Part shown: piece by piece, positions 20,827-29,440 of the stretch
Layout of the letters: every line of letters begins with the position of its first letter
Position numbering within the stretch: the first letter of the stretch is position 1
Assembly (NCBI GenBank): GCA_045627405.1
Contig: JAZQNP010000092.1
Location: forward strand, 23,591 to 87,590
From: Oscillospiraceae bacterium
GTDB lineage: Bacteria > Bacillota > Clostridia > Oscillospirales > Ruminococcaceae
Reading direction: 5' to 3'
Length of the DNA: 64,000 nt
Position numbers and translations under genes: made by a program
The notes under the pieces: generated by a model
The model's database searches: none
Told to the model about the DNA's origin: nothing
The model's input: the letters and a program-made list of their open reading frames with translations, nothing else

Positions 20827-22389
20827 TCAATCATCTGTCGGCCCATAGGGGACAAAGAGATCGGGATCGTAGTTCATGCTATGGTTGTTATAATATGATA
20901 AAGGATACAGTGCGTTGGTATTATATCCGCTGTTCTCGGTTCCCTCATAAGGATCCTCACCGGTACGCAGCATTCTTGCCATCACAATGAGTTTGGCGTT
21001 GGCTACCGTGCTGTTGCAAGTGTAAAGCGTCAGCAGGGGATCGCCGTAGGTCACATCGACATCGTTATAAATAATGTTGCGCTTCTTGGCTTCATTGACA
21101 TAATCGTAAAATTCTGTCTCGCTGTTGAAGTAGAGTGAGTTCCAGCAGTCGAACGCATACTCAGATTCCGTGTCTTCGCTGTCCACAAGAAATACCGCAA
21201 AGATCTTATAGTCATAGTTCTTATACAGCGACTGCAAGTGTACAATCGGATGTTCAGAGTAATAACTGTAATTCCGGATATAATCTTTGAGACTGCCGAA
21301 CATGGAACGGTTGTTCATGTTATGACCGTATATTACAAGATTATCGGAGTTCTTTGAAATGCGTCTGTGATTGACGACCTCATCAAAGTGGCAGCGATAA
21401 TCGAGGAAAATACAGCCGGCTTTGCTGGTTTCCTGATTGAAGGAACGATTGAGATAATAGTCGTTGGTGTTAACCGAGATGTCGTCAGATTTTTTCTGCA
21501 CGACAGGGTAGCTGATTTCCGTGTCAGGGATCGTAATATACCCGACGAGATCGGGATTCTGACTCAGGAGCAAATCAGCGATTTCGTTCTGCTCTAAATA
21601 TTCAACCACGGTACCTGTTTCAGGATCCGTGACATAGGAATCCTCTGAGAAGCCTCTGTTGCTGCGTGTCTCTGCGAGTCGGTTCTGGATTTCTTCATAC
21701 TCCTTTCCGGAGTGATACAGCATCAAGTAATAGTTGCTGATCAGGAAGGTACAGACCCCGACAACGACCAGAGCTGAGAAAAATATAATTTTACGAATGG
21801 ATTCCAGCAGAGAGTCCCCGCGCCAAGGGAAGATATATTTTAATATATCAACAAATGTAAACTTGCGCTTTTTCTTTCTCTTTTGATTTCCGTTCTGTGC
21901 CTTGGATTTGGTTCCGGCATTCGGGCTTGTCCCGGATTTCCTTCCGGCTCCTGAACCAGTATCCGCAGGAGTTCCGGCTTTCTTTCCGGTAGTTGCTTTC
22001 TTGTCAGAATTGGTCTTCGGCTGTTTCTGCTTCGTGGCAGCAGAAGCATTTGCATTGCGTTCCTCAAAAGAGTTTGCGGCGGACGGCGGCTCATTCAATC
22101 GGCGTTTCTGCTCAATTTCTTCGAGTATTGCCGTCACATCGCCCGTTTTCTGGCTCACACTGTCATTGGTATCCGAAGTTCCCTCCGCTGAGCGGTCTGC
22201 GCCGTGCGATTCCGCATGTCCTGCGGCTTCCGCATTTGCATTCAGCTCATTGTCGGTTCGTCCGTTCACCGCAGAAGCGGCTTTGTCCGTCAGAGACGGC
22301 GAGCCTGAAACGGTAGAGGACGCCTGATCCTCAGGGGAGATCCCCGTCAGATCGTCGGCATAATTTGGTTCACGATTGTTTTTTTGCAT
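20827..22389 (-). CDS. srtB: Class B sortase with a long low-complexity N-terminal extension
   Basis: Sortase B blocks VIYGHNMNN and LLTLYTCN (TLxTC catalytic Cys). One TM helix (IIFFSALVVVGVCTFLI) preceded by about 195 aa of S/T/A/K/N-rich sequence. Confidence 0.8.
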   Translation of the reverse strand: MQKNNREPNYADDLTGISPEDQASSTVSGSPSLTDKAASAVNGRTDNELNANAEAAGHAESHGADRSAEGTSDTNDSVSQKTGDVTAILEEIEQKRRLNEPPSAANSFEERNANASAATKQKQPKTNSDKKATTGKKAGTPADTGSGAGRKSGTSPNAGTKSKAQNGNQKRKKKRKFTFVDILKYIFPWRGDSLLESIRKIIFFSALVVVGVCTFLISNYYLMLYHSGKEYEEIQNRLAETRSNRGFSEDSYVTDPETGTVVEYLEQNEIADLLLSQNPDLVGYITIPDTEISYPVVQKKSDDISVNTNDYYLNRSFNQETSKAGCIFLDYRCHFDEVVNHRRISKNSDNLVIYGHNMNNRSMFGSLKDYIRNYSYYSEHPIVHLQSLYKNYDYKIFAVFLVDSEDTESEYAFDCWNSLYFNSETEFYDYVNEAKKRNIIYNDVDVTYGDPLLTLYTCNSTVANAKLIVMARMLRTGEDPYEGTENSGYNTNALYPLSYYNNHSMNYDPDLFVPYGPTDD

Positions 22390-22472
22390 AGCAAAAGAAC
22401 GCCTCCATCATCTGCACGGATGCACCGATCAGTACACGCGAGTGAACCGCGGGCTGTCAGAAGCATTCATGC

Positions 22473-23051
22473 TCAGGTCATGCTGCGCGGGTCAAGTTCA
22501 GCCCGTGCGAGCAAAATTTGTTTCGCAATCTGAAACACGCATACAGCGGTCATGTGCCGGATGCCGCTTCGATCAAGGTTCCCCAGTTCGGAGAAATCCA
22601 GCTTTGCGGCAGCCACCTGATTCCGAAAGGCGAAGCCCGCGTAAACGGTTCCGACAGGAAGTTCTGCGGAGCCGCCGCCGGGTCCGGCCAGTCCGGTTAC
22701 TGTCAGGCATAAATCCGCGCCTGAAAGACGCGACAGCCCTTCCGCCATAGCATAAGCAGTCTGGCGGCTGACAGCACCGTATTGATCGAGGATACCGGAC
22801 GGTACATGAAGCAAGTTACGCTTCATCCGATCAGAATAGGTGCAAATACCAAGCTCAAAAACCTGAGATGCGCCTGGCACTGATGTAATACGTTCGGAGA
22901 GCAGACCGCCTGTCAGGCTTTCGCCTGTTGCGACAGATAGGCTATTCTCCGATAATAATTGTACTACATCAGGGCAGTCTTTGTCAAGATTTCCATGTAG
23001 AATTTCAGAATCTTTACCATACTCTTCGCAAATGACATCCTGAATATGCAT
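22473..23051 (-). CDS. pncC: CinA-family C-terminal domain protein (nicotinamide-nucleotide amidohydrolase PncC-like)
   Basis: Motif ATGESLTGGLL and a later LTVTGLAGPGGG block typical of the CinA/PncC domain. Confidence 0.75.
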   Translation of the reverse strand: MHIQDVICEEYGKDSEILHGNLDKDCPDVVQLLSENSLSVATGESLTGGLLSERITSVPGASQVFELGICTYSDRMKRNLLHVPSGILDQYGAVSRQTAYAMAEGLSRLSGADLCLTVTGLAGPGGGSAELPVGTVYAGFAFRNQVAAAKLDFSELGNLDRSGIRHMTAVCVFQIAKQILLARAELDPRSMT

Positions 23052-23261
23052 ATTTCCTCCAAATTTTACATTCTGTTTGTGAATGAAGTGTGAATTTGTA
23101 ATTATATATACCGTTTAATTTATCAACATTTTCCGATTTTCTCCGACACAGAACACAATATGTAGTTTTCAGAGAAAATATCACGATTTTTTTGATGTAG
23201 CGTTCATGTCGGGCTTGCTGAACGGTTTCATGTGTCAAAATGACATGATACGGCACTATAT

Positions 23262-23301
23262 ATAGAAAAGCGCATCCCTTGAAGTTTCATCCAAGGGATG
23301 C
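23262..23301 (-). terminator. Terminator after the aminotransferase gene
   Basis: Stem gcatccctt / aagggatgc, followed on the minus strand by gcttttct. Confidence 0.7.
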
Positions 23302-23314
23302 TGCTTTGTGCAGT

Positions 23315-24517
23315 TTACTTCCCGTACGCCTGTGCGAGCTTTTGGAATGCCGGCAGACTGCGCTCGATCATTTCCGTGGTGACACAGTAAGCGATACGGA
23401 CGTAGCCCTCGCAGCCAAACGAATCCGACGGAACGAGCAGCAGTTCAAATTCGCGTGCTTTTTTACAGAATGCGTTTGCATCCGGTTCCAGAGCCTGTAC
23501 CCAGAGATAGAAAGCTCCGTCCGGATTGATGCAGCGATAACCGTACGCAGTCAAGTTGTTGTAGAGCAGATCGCGATTTTTGCGATAGACAGTGAGGTCA
23601 GCGGTTTTTCCGAGATTCTCTGCAACCACGCGCTGCATCATGCTCGGTGCGCAGACGAATCCGAGTGCTCTGCCGGCACCGCACACTGCCGCATATACGA
23701 GGCTGCTGTCCTGCATGTTCGGGGATACGACAATGTAGCCGATGCGCTCGCCGGGCAGAGACAGTGATTTGCTGTATGAATAGCAGACAAAAGTATTGTC
23801 ATACAGATTGGTGAGATACGGAACGACAGCGGTATCATCATAGACCAGTTCGCGGTACGGCTCATCTGCAATCAGATAGATCGGATGACCGTATTCTGTT
23901 TCCCTCTCACGGAGAATGCCGCAGAACGCTTTGAGATTCTCTTCGGTGAAGATGACACCGGTCGGATTGTTCGGCGTGTTGATGATCACCGCTTTGGTGT
24001 CCGGCGTAATCAGTTCACTGAATGCGGCAAGATTCATCTGGAAATTTTCTGTATCGGCAGGAACAACAGTCAGCTTTGCACCGGCTGCCTCGACGAAGAC
24101 GCGATATTCCGGGAAGAACGGTGCGAACGTCATGCAGGTATCGCCCGGACAGAGAATCGCGTGGAGTGTAACGGTCAGAGATGCGGCTGCTCCGCATGTC
24201 ATGTAGATGTTGGAGGCAGAGATGCCGGCGTTGAAACGGCTGTTCAGATCATCTGCGATTCTTTTGCGGGTCGGTTCTGCGCCGACGGCAGAAGTGTAGC
24301 CGTGCAGCAGCACGGAATCCGTTTCATCCATCAGTCTGCGCATGGAGGCGTGTACTGTCTCCGGAGCAGGAACACTCGGATTGCCGAGGCTGAAATCAAA
24401 CACATTTTCTCTGCCGATCTCCTGCGCGCGGCGGTTGCCGTATTCAAATGTTTCGCGGATGACAGAAGGAGCCTGTCCGAGTGCCAGCATAGATGTACTA
24501 TACGGTTGGAAAGCCAT
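23315..24517 (-). CDS. Class I/II PLP-dependent aminotransferase (aspartate/aromatic type)
   Basis: PLP-lysine block YSYSKSLSLPGERIGY and NNPTG block (INTPNNPTG). Start is moved to the internal ATG (MAFQPYST...) preceded by GAGG. The upstream 47 codons of the ORF lack support. Confidence 0.85.
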   Translation of the reverse strand: MAFQPYSTSMLALGQAPSVIRETFEYGNRRAQEIGRENVFDFSLGNPSVPAPETVHASMRRLMDETDSVLLHGYTSAVGAEPTRKRIADDLNSRFNAGISASNIYMTCGAAASLTVTLHAILCPGDTCMTFAPFFPEYRVFVEAAGAKLTVVPADTENFQMNLAAFSELITPDTKAVIINTPNNPTGVIFTEENLKAFCGILRERETEYGHPIYLIADEPYRELVYDDTAVVPYLTNLYDNTFVCYSYSKSLSLPGERIGYIVVSPNMQDSSLVYAAVCGAGRALGFVCAPSMMQRVVAENLGKTADLTVYRKNRDLLYNNLTAYGYRCINPDGAFYLWVQALEPDANAFCKKAREFELLLVPSDSFGCEGYVRIAYCVTTEMIERSLPAFQKLAQAYGK

Positions 24518-24700
24518 AGGTGAAAACCTCTTTTCTGATGAATTTGACACAAACCGCACAACGGTCTGCCCTGTATGTATGATACCAGAAAAATCAGGAT
24601 TTGTCAACCGGAGAAGATGCGGTGAATTTCCGAATCCGACAAAATCTGCACAGCACATGCGCTATACTGAATCTATAAACAGAGAAAGGATGACCGCAAA

Positions 24701-25045
24701 ATGGTTGAAATCAAACAGGAGCCGCAGAAACTGACGGTATTTTTAAGCGGAGAAATTGACCATCACCATGCAAAGGAAATTCGTGAGACGGTTGATTATG
24801 CCGTGCGCGAACAGCTCCCGCCGGTGGTGGTGCTGGATTTTCGCCGTGTGACTTTTATGGACAGTTCCGGTATCGGACTGATCATGGGACGCGCACATTT
24901 AATGGAGGAATACGGCGGGGTACTGGAAATCCACAATCCCTCGCCGCAGATCAGAAAAGTGCTGCGTATTTCCGGTGCGGACAGGCTTGCTGTCCTGCGG
25001 ACGCAGACATTCGGAAAGGAACAGGATCATGAATACGCTCAATGA
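24701..25045 (+). CDS. spoIIAA: Anti-sigma F factor antagonist SpoIIAA (STAS domain)
   Basis: STAS-domain sequence with the phosphorylatable Ser context (FMDSSGIGLIMG). First gene of the spoIIA-type operon. Confidence 0.9.
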   Translation: MVEIKQEPQKLTVFLSGEIDHHHAKEIRETVDYAVREQLPPVVVLDFRRVTFMDSSGIGLIMGRAHLMEEYGGVLEIHNPSPQIRKVLRISGADRLAVLRTQTFGKEQDHEYAQ

Positions 25046-25490
25046 ATTAAAATGCACATTTCCGGCGCGCTCTGAAAACGAGAGCTTTGCAAGAACGATG
25101 GTATGTGCCTTTGCTGCACAGTTGGATCCGACGGTTGAAGATCTCGCAGATCTGCGGACAGCAGTTTCCGAAGCCGTGACAAACAGCATTGTCCACGCCT
25201 ATCGCGGGTGTGAGGACGGCATTGTGTCCGTGACAGTGCGCCTATTGCCCGGCGCGGTGATCTACATACGGATTTCCGATCGCGGCTGCGGCATTGCTGA
25301 CATCGGACAGGCGATGACGCCGCTCTATTCCAGCGCGCCGGCAGAAGAGCGGGCGGGACTTGGATTCACAGTGATGCAGAGCTTCACTGACAAGCTCACT
25401 GTCCGGAGCAAGATTGGCAGCGGCACGACGGTTGTCATGAGAAAGTGTATGCGTCATGCAGACGAAGCAGATGCCGAAACCTGCGGTTGA
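25029..25490 (+). CDS. spoIIAB: Anti-sigma F factor SpoIIAB (serine kinase)
   Basis: HATPase-type N box (EAVTNSIVHA) and G boxes (DRGCGI, GLGF). Start at the ATG overlapping the spoIIAA end. Confidence 0.9.
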   Translation: MNTLNELKCTFPARSENESFARTMVCAFAAQLDPTVEDLADLRTAVSEAVTNSIVHAYRGCEDGIVSVTVRLLPGAVIYIRISDRGCGIADIGQAMTPLYSSAPAEERAGLGFTVMQSFTDKLTVRSKIGSGTTVVMRKCMRHADEADAETCG

Positions 25491-26127
25491 TGCGGAGGCG
25501 CATCTTGGGCTTGCACATCTGTGTGCGAACCGATTTCGCGAACGCGGCATTGAATACGAAGAATTGTATTCCGCTGCCTGTATGGGACTGGTCAAGGCGG
25601 CGAATGCGTTTGATTTGTCGCGTGGTGTATGCTTTTCGACCTATGCAGTGCCGGTGATTATGGGTGAGATTCGGCGTTTGTTTCGGGAAGGAAAAAGTGT
25701 ACACATCGGAAGAAAGCTGCAAACGCTGTCTGCGCAGGCGATGAAGATCTGTGATGCACTGCGGCAGGAAACCGGAAAGGAGCCGACGGTCAGACAGCTT
25801 GCCGACGCGCTGCAAATATCCGAGGCGTATGCCGCGGAGGTGCTGAGTGTCTCACAGCCGACAGTTTCTCTGACTGTTCAGACGGATGACGGACTGAAAG
25901 AAATGGCATTGACCGTACCTTCTCCGGAAACTGCGCTGACGGAGCATCTGGCATTGCAGCAGGTCTTGTCACTGCTCTCGGAAAAAGACCGTTTGCTGCT
26001 GGATCTGCGTTACGAACAATGTTTGACACAGTCTGAGACAGGCAGACGTCTCGGCATGACACAGGTGCAGGTTTCCCGTCGGGAGAAAAAGCTGCTCTTG
26101 TTTCTGCGGAATGAGCTTCTGAAATAA
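25456..26127 (+). CDS. sigF: Sporulation sigma factor SigF
   Basis: Sigma-70 regions 2-4 (YAVPVIMGEIRRLFRE; C-terminal HTH TQSETGRRLGMTQVQVSRREKK). Third gene after spoIIAA and spoIIAB. The exact start is uncertain (25456 or 25471). Confidence 0.85.
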   Translation: MQTKQMPKPAVDAEAHLGLAHLCANRFRERGIEYEELYSAACMGLVKAANAFDLSRGVCFSTYAVPVIMGEIRRLFREGKSVHIGRKLQTLSAQAMKICDALRQETGKEPTVRQLADALQISEAYAAEVLSVSQPTVSLTVQTDDGLKEMALTVPSPETALTEHLALQQVLSLLSEKDRLLLDLRYEQCLTQSETGRRLGMTQVQVSRREKKLLLFLRNELLK

Positions 26128-26130
26128 AAC

Positions 26131-26170
26131 AAGGGGACATCCGGCGATTCGGATGTCCCTTTTGAGTTTT
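26131..26170. terminator. Bidirectional terminator between sigF and the convergent regulator gene
   Basis: Stem aaggggacatccg / cggatgtccctt followed by ttgagtttt. Confidence 0.8.
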
Positions 26171-26175
26171 GAATA

Positions 26176-28440
26176 TCAGTCGTTGCTTTCCGGATAATCC
26201 TGCACTTCTTCATCCTGCTTTTTTCTGCGGCGATATTCCGTCGGCGTAATACCGACATTCTTTTTGAATTGGTGCATGAAGTGAACGTAGTTGCTGTATC
26301 CGCTCTGGTCTGCGATATAGGCAATGCTGTAATCGGTACTGGAAAGGAGCCGCTTGGACAGTTCAATGCGGCTGTTGATGACATCCTGCGTAAAGCTGAT
26401 GCCGAAGCAGCGCGTATACAGTTTCTGGAAATATCCGCGGCTCAGAATCAAATCCCGGCACATGGAATCAATATTCCAGTCTTCCTGCGGATTGCTGTAA
26501 ATGCGCTCACGCAGGCTGACAAATTCCCTGTAATATGGGGAAGCCTTTTCGTTTTGTTTGGATGCTCGGCTTTCCTCCGTCTGTGCAAGGACAGAGCGGG
26601 CGATTTCTTCAAGAGAAGTATCGGCAGGGATATAATCGCAGAAGTAACCAAAGCTTGCAGAAATCTTATACGGCTTCCGGGAACTCTGATTATAGTGTTC
26701 CAGATAACCGGTAATGGCATAGACCATGCGCTGACAGGCATCTACCTCGTAATCCTGATAGCCGACAATCGCAAAATCCGCATCCTCAATGCGAGCGCAG
26801 CGTTCGTAGGTGGTGCAGCAGTTGTTCATGGCATTGGCAAGCACAGTCACTGCGCTGTCTCCCTCGGAATGTCCATATGTCTCATTGACTTGCCGCAGAG
26901 AATCGAAGCTTGCATAGAGCAGCAAAAACCGTCTGTGTTCATTTTTTGCGGCTGTAAAGCATTCCTCGGAAAACTTCTTGTATCCCTCTCCGTTATACAG
27001 ACCCGTCAGAGCATCGCGGATGGAAGAGAGATAAATGCGGTTGTTGAATCGTTTGAGATAATTCTGCATACGGACAAATTCCAGAGCCGTGTTGACATAG
27101 GATGTCCATGTGCAGTAGATCTTATCGTAGGTATCCAGCCGCTCACCGAAGCATACCACAGAAACACCGAAAAACCGGTCATCATGGTGAAGCGGGGTGA
27201 AGAAGAACGTCGCCGGTTTATCCCGTTCTTCGTGCAGACGCGGCAGCATTTTTGCGAAAGCGAACGGTTTTGTGACGACCACACTCTGTTTTCCGTCATG
27301 GAGAATTTTCAGCAGCATATGCTGCGGGAATCCTTCTCTGCGGTACTCAGACGGATTTTCAAGCGCACCGCCGCCCTCCCAATCCTCACAGAGGCAAAGA
27401 TAGTACTCCTTGCATCCGCGGATCAGGTACGCATTCTGTCGCACAGCATCCATACATTCATCGAGTGTTTCCTGCCGTGTCAGGCGAATGCCCATATTGC
27501 TGTTTTCAAACATAATCTGATAGTAGTCCAGATCTTCATCGACCCGGATCTGATGTTTCAGATAATCAAGATCCGCACCGCAGGAGCAGCTGTTTCCTGT
27601 GATAACTTCAATGCGTTCGGTCTGTGTCAGCGCACAGGTTTCGCCGGTCATCATCTGATAAAGCTTGGCAACGCTTTGTGCGCCGAGCCGGAAGTTCTTT
27701 CGGACATAGCTTGTGAGCGGAATCAGACTTTGCGTTTCTGTCAGAGATGCGTCATATCCGGTGACCATGACATCTTCCGGAATACGAATGCCGTTTGCGA
27801 TCAATTCGTGACAGAGTGCTTTTGCCATCGGATCGTTGCCGCAGACAACGCCCTGCGGCAGCTTTCTTTTTCCGCTGATCAGCTCCGCAGCAAGCTCTTT
27901 GGCAGAGGGGTACCAGTAATCGCCGTATATGATGTTTTCATCCGGTACAGAGAGTCCATGCGCTTCCATCGCGTCCTGAAAGCCCATCACGCGCTGGATC
28001 GCAGTTTGATTATCGGCAGGACCGGTCAGACAAATCAAATCCGTCAGACTGTGTACGGTCAGTAAATGCTCCGTGATCGCAGCAAAGCCTGTTCGGTCAT
28101 CCATAGTCAGGTATGGGAAAATATCGGATATGGTATCAATTACAAGCACCGGGAGTTTTTGCTCTTTGAGAAGCTGATCCAGGATTTCCTGTTCCTCCGT
28201 CGCATGCATGGAATTGCGCAGATAGAGAATACCGTCCAGCATCTGGAAATTTATATAGGAGAAGATGTTGCACTCCGATTTCTGATGCGGTGTCATTGTC
28301 GGATAGTTGGTGATGCAGGAGAACACAGCAACATCCATGTCCAGCGAGAATGCCTGTGCAGAAATGCCTTTCATCAGGCGACGCTGCATCAGTTGTTCTG
28401 TTTCACACGCGATCACGCCGATCAGCAGTCGTTTTTTCAT
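26176..28440 (-). CDS. Cytoplasmic multidomain regulator: LacI/PBP type I sugar-binding-like domain, unknown middle domain, degenerate GGDEF domain, AraC-type HTH
   Basis: N-terminal PBP-like fold without a signal peptide. GGDEF-fold blocks DALTGLYN and YGHSEGD, but the signature reads EDADF. C-terminal AraC HTH pair (...SRGYFQKLYTRCFGISFTQ... IAYIADQSGYSNYVHFMHQFKKNVGITPTEYRR). Confidence 0.75.
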   Translation of the reverse strand: MKKRLLIGVIACETEQLMQRRLMKGISAQAFSLDMDVAVFSCITNYPTMTPHQKSECNIFSYINFQMLDGILYLRNSMHATEEQEILDQLLKEQKLPVLVIDTISDIFPYLTMDDRTGFAAITEHLLTVHSLTDLICLTGPADNQTAIQRVMGFQDAMEAHGLSVPDENIIYGDYWYPSAKELAAELISGKRKLPQGVVCGNDPMAKALCHELIANGIRIPEDVMVTGYDASLTETQSLIPLTSYVRKNFRLGAQSVAKLYQMMTGETCALTQTERIEVITGNSCSCGADLDYLKHQIRVDEDLDYYQIMFENSNMGIRLTRQETLDECMDAVRQNAYLIRGCKEYYLCLCEDWEGGGALENPSEYRREGFPQHMLLKILHDGKQSVVVTKPFAFAKMLPRLHEERDKPATFFFTPLHHDDRFFGVSVVCFGERLDTYDKIYCTWTSYVNTALEFVRMQNYLKRFNNRIYLSSIRDALTGLYNGEGYKKFSEECFTAAKNEHRRFLLLYASFDSLRQVNETYGHSEGDSAVTVLANAMNNCCTTYERCARIEDADFAIVGYQDYEVDACQRMVYAITGYLEHYNQSSRKPYKISASFGYFCDYIPADTSLEEIARSVLAQTEESRASKQNEKASPYYREFVSLRERIYSNPQEDWNIDSMCRDLILSRGYFQKLYTRCFGISFTQDVINSRIELSKRLLSSTDYSIAYIADQSGYSNYVHFMHQFKKNVGITPTEYRRRKKQDEEVQDYPESND

Positions 28441-28569
28441 AAGCGACCTCCATCGTGTCCGGTTTCATCTGTTTACAATTTTTATCAGTATAGCACAAAA
28501 AGACATATATGTCAAGTTGTTTTTTCTTCTTTCAAACAATATTTGTGTAATTACGGTAAAAAAAACAAG

Positions 28570-28607
28570 GCAAAAAGTATATCCCGACCGGTTTATCGGT
28601 CGGGATA
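28570..28607 (-). terminator. Terminator after the thrH-like gene
   Basis: Stem tatcccgaccg / cggtcgggata, then tactttttg on the minus strand. Confidence 0.75.
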
Positions 28608-28639
28608 AGACATGTTCAATCGTATTCAGTTGTGTCTTA

Positions 28640-29242
28640 TTAAGAAATCGCATCCTTGATGGCTGCTGTCAGTTCCTCATAGGTCTCGAACGCAGGCAGC
28701 TCAGGGTGATCCTTTTTGATCTGCTCAGTGCTGCGGAAGAGAAAGCCCGCTTTGCTAGCGAGGATCATTCCAAGATCGTTATAGCTGTCGCCGCTGGCGA
28801 TGGTCTGGAAGCCGATCGACTGCAATGCCTTGACGGTTGTCAGCTTTGACTGTTCGCAGCGCATTTTGAATCCGGTGACTTCACCGTTTTCTGCAACTTC
28901 CAGAGAATTGCAGAAGATTGTCGGATAGCCGAGCTTTGCCATCAGCGGTGCAGCAAACTGTGTGAAGGTGTCACTGATAATGATAACCTGTGTCATTGTA
29001 CGGAGGTTGTCCAGGAACTCCTTTGCACCCGGCATGGGTTCAATGGTAGCGATGACATCCTGAATCTCTTTGAGACCGAGACCGTGTTCTTTCAGAATCG
29101 CAATGCGGTAGCGCATGAGCTTATCATAATCCGGCTCATCGCGTGTGGTCTTTTTGAGTTCGGGGATGCCGGTTGCCTCAGCGAATGCAATCCAGATTTC
29201 CGGAACCAGAACGCCCTCTAAATCCAAGCAGATGATATGCAT
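28640..29242 (-). CDS. thrH: ThrH-like HAD phosphatase (phosphoserine phosphatase / homoserine phosphotransferase family)
   Basis: Near-collinear with Pseudomonas ThrH as I recall it: MHIICLDLEGVLVPEIWIAFAE.TGI..L..TTRD.PDYD.LM..R..IL, later ISDTF...F..PLM..LG.PT..C and GDSYND. Confidence 0.75.
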   Translation of the reverse strand: MHIICLDLEGVLVPEIWIAFAEATGIPELKKTTRDEPDYDKLMRYRIAILKEHGLGLKEIQDVIATIEPMPGAKEFLDNLRTMTQVIIISDTFTQFAAPLMAKLGYPTIFCNSLEVAENGEVTGFKMRCEQSKLTTVKALQSIGFQTIASGDSYNDLGMILASKAGFLFRSTEQIKKDHPELPAFETYEELTAAIKDAIS

Positions 29243-29386
29243 ATAACATGTCTCCTTTACATAGATAGTAGGATGTGCAGCAGATTGCTTACGGCATTAT
29301 TATACCACATTTCTGCTGATTCGTCAATGTTTTCTGCGTCTTGCAGACGGATCGTGTGAAAAATTGGGGGAATTTTTGCGGAGTGC

Positions 29387-29415
29387 TTGCACTTTTACCC
29401 GCATTGTGGTATACT
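29387..29415 (+). promoter_or_regulatory. Sigma-A type promoter for the lipoprotein/HAD operon
   Basis: -35 ttgcac, 17-nt spacer, extended -10 tgg-tatact (29410-29415), 25 nt upstream of the ATG. Confidence 0.55.
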
Positions 29416-29440
29416 GAACGACAGAAAGGATGGAGATAGT

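Noticed and set aside
20503-20848. Two small + strand ORFs (74 and 94 aa) inside the long intergenic gap.
   Set aside because: They have no RBS and an Arg/Cys/Ser-rich composition. The second runs into the sortase gene in antisense. I treat the region as non-coding.
24518-24700. Sigma-H type promoter upstream of spoIIAA.
   Set aside because: An AGGATTT element and a GGTGAAT element are present, but about 18 nt separate them, versus the 11-12 nt I recall for sigma-H promoters. There is not enough support to annotate it.
26269-28065. 598-aa ORF on the + strand, antisense to the GGDEF-AraC regulator gene.
   Set aside because: The translation is low-complexity (Arg/Cys/Ile-rich) with no recognisable motif. 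It has no RBS. The opposite strand encodes clearly recognisable PBP, GGDEF and AraC domains. It is most likely a shadow ORF.
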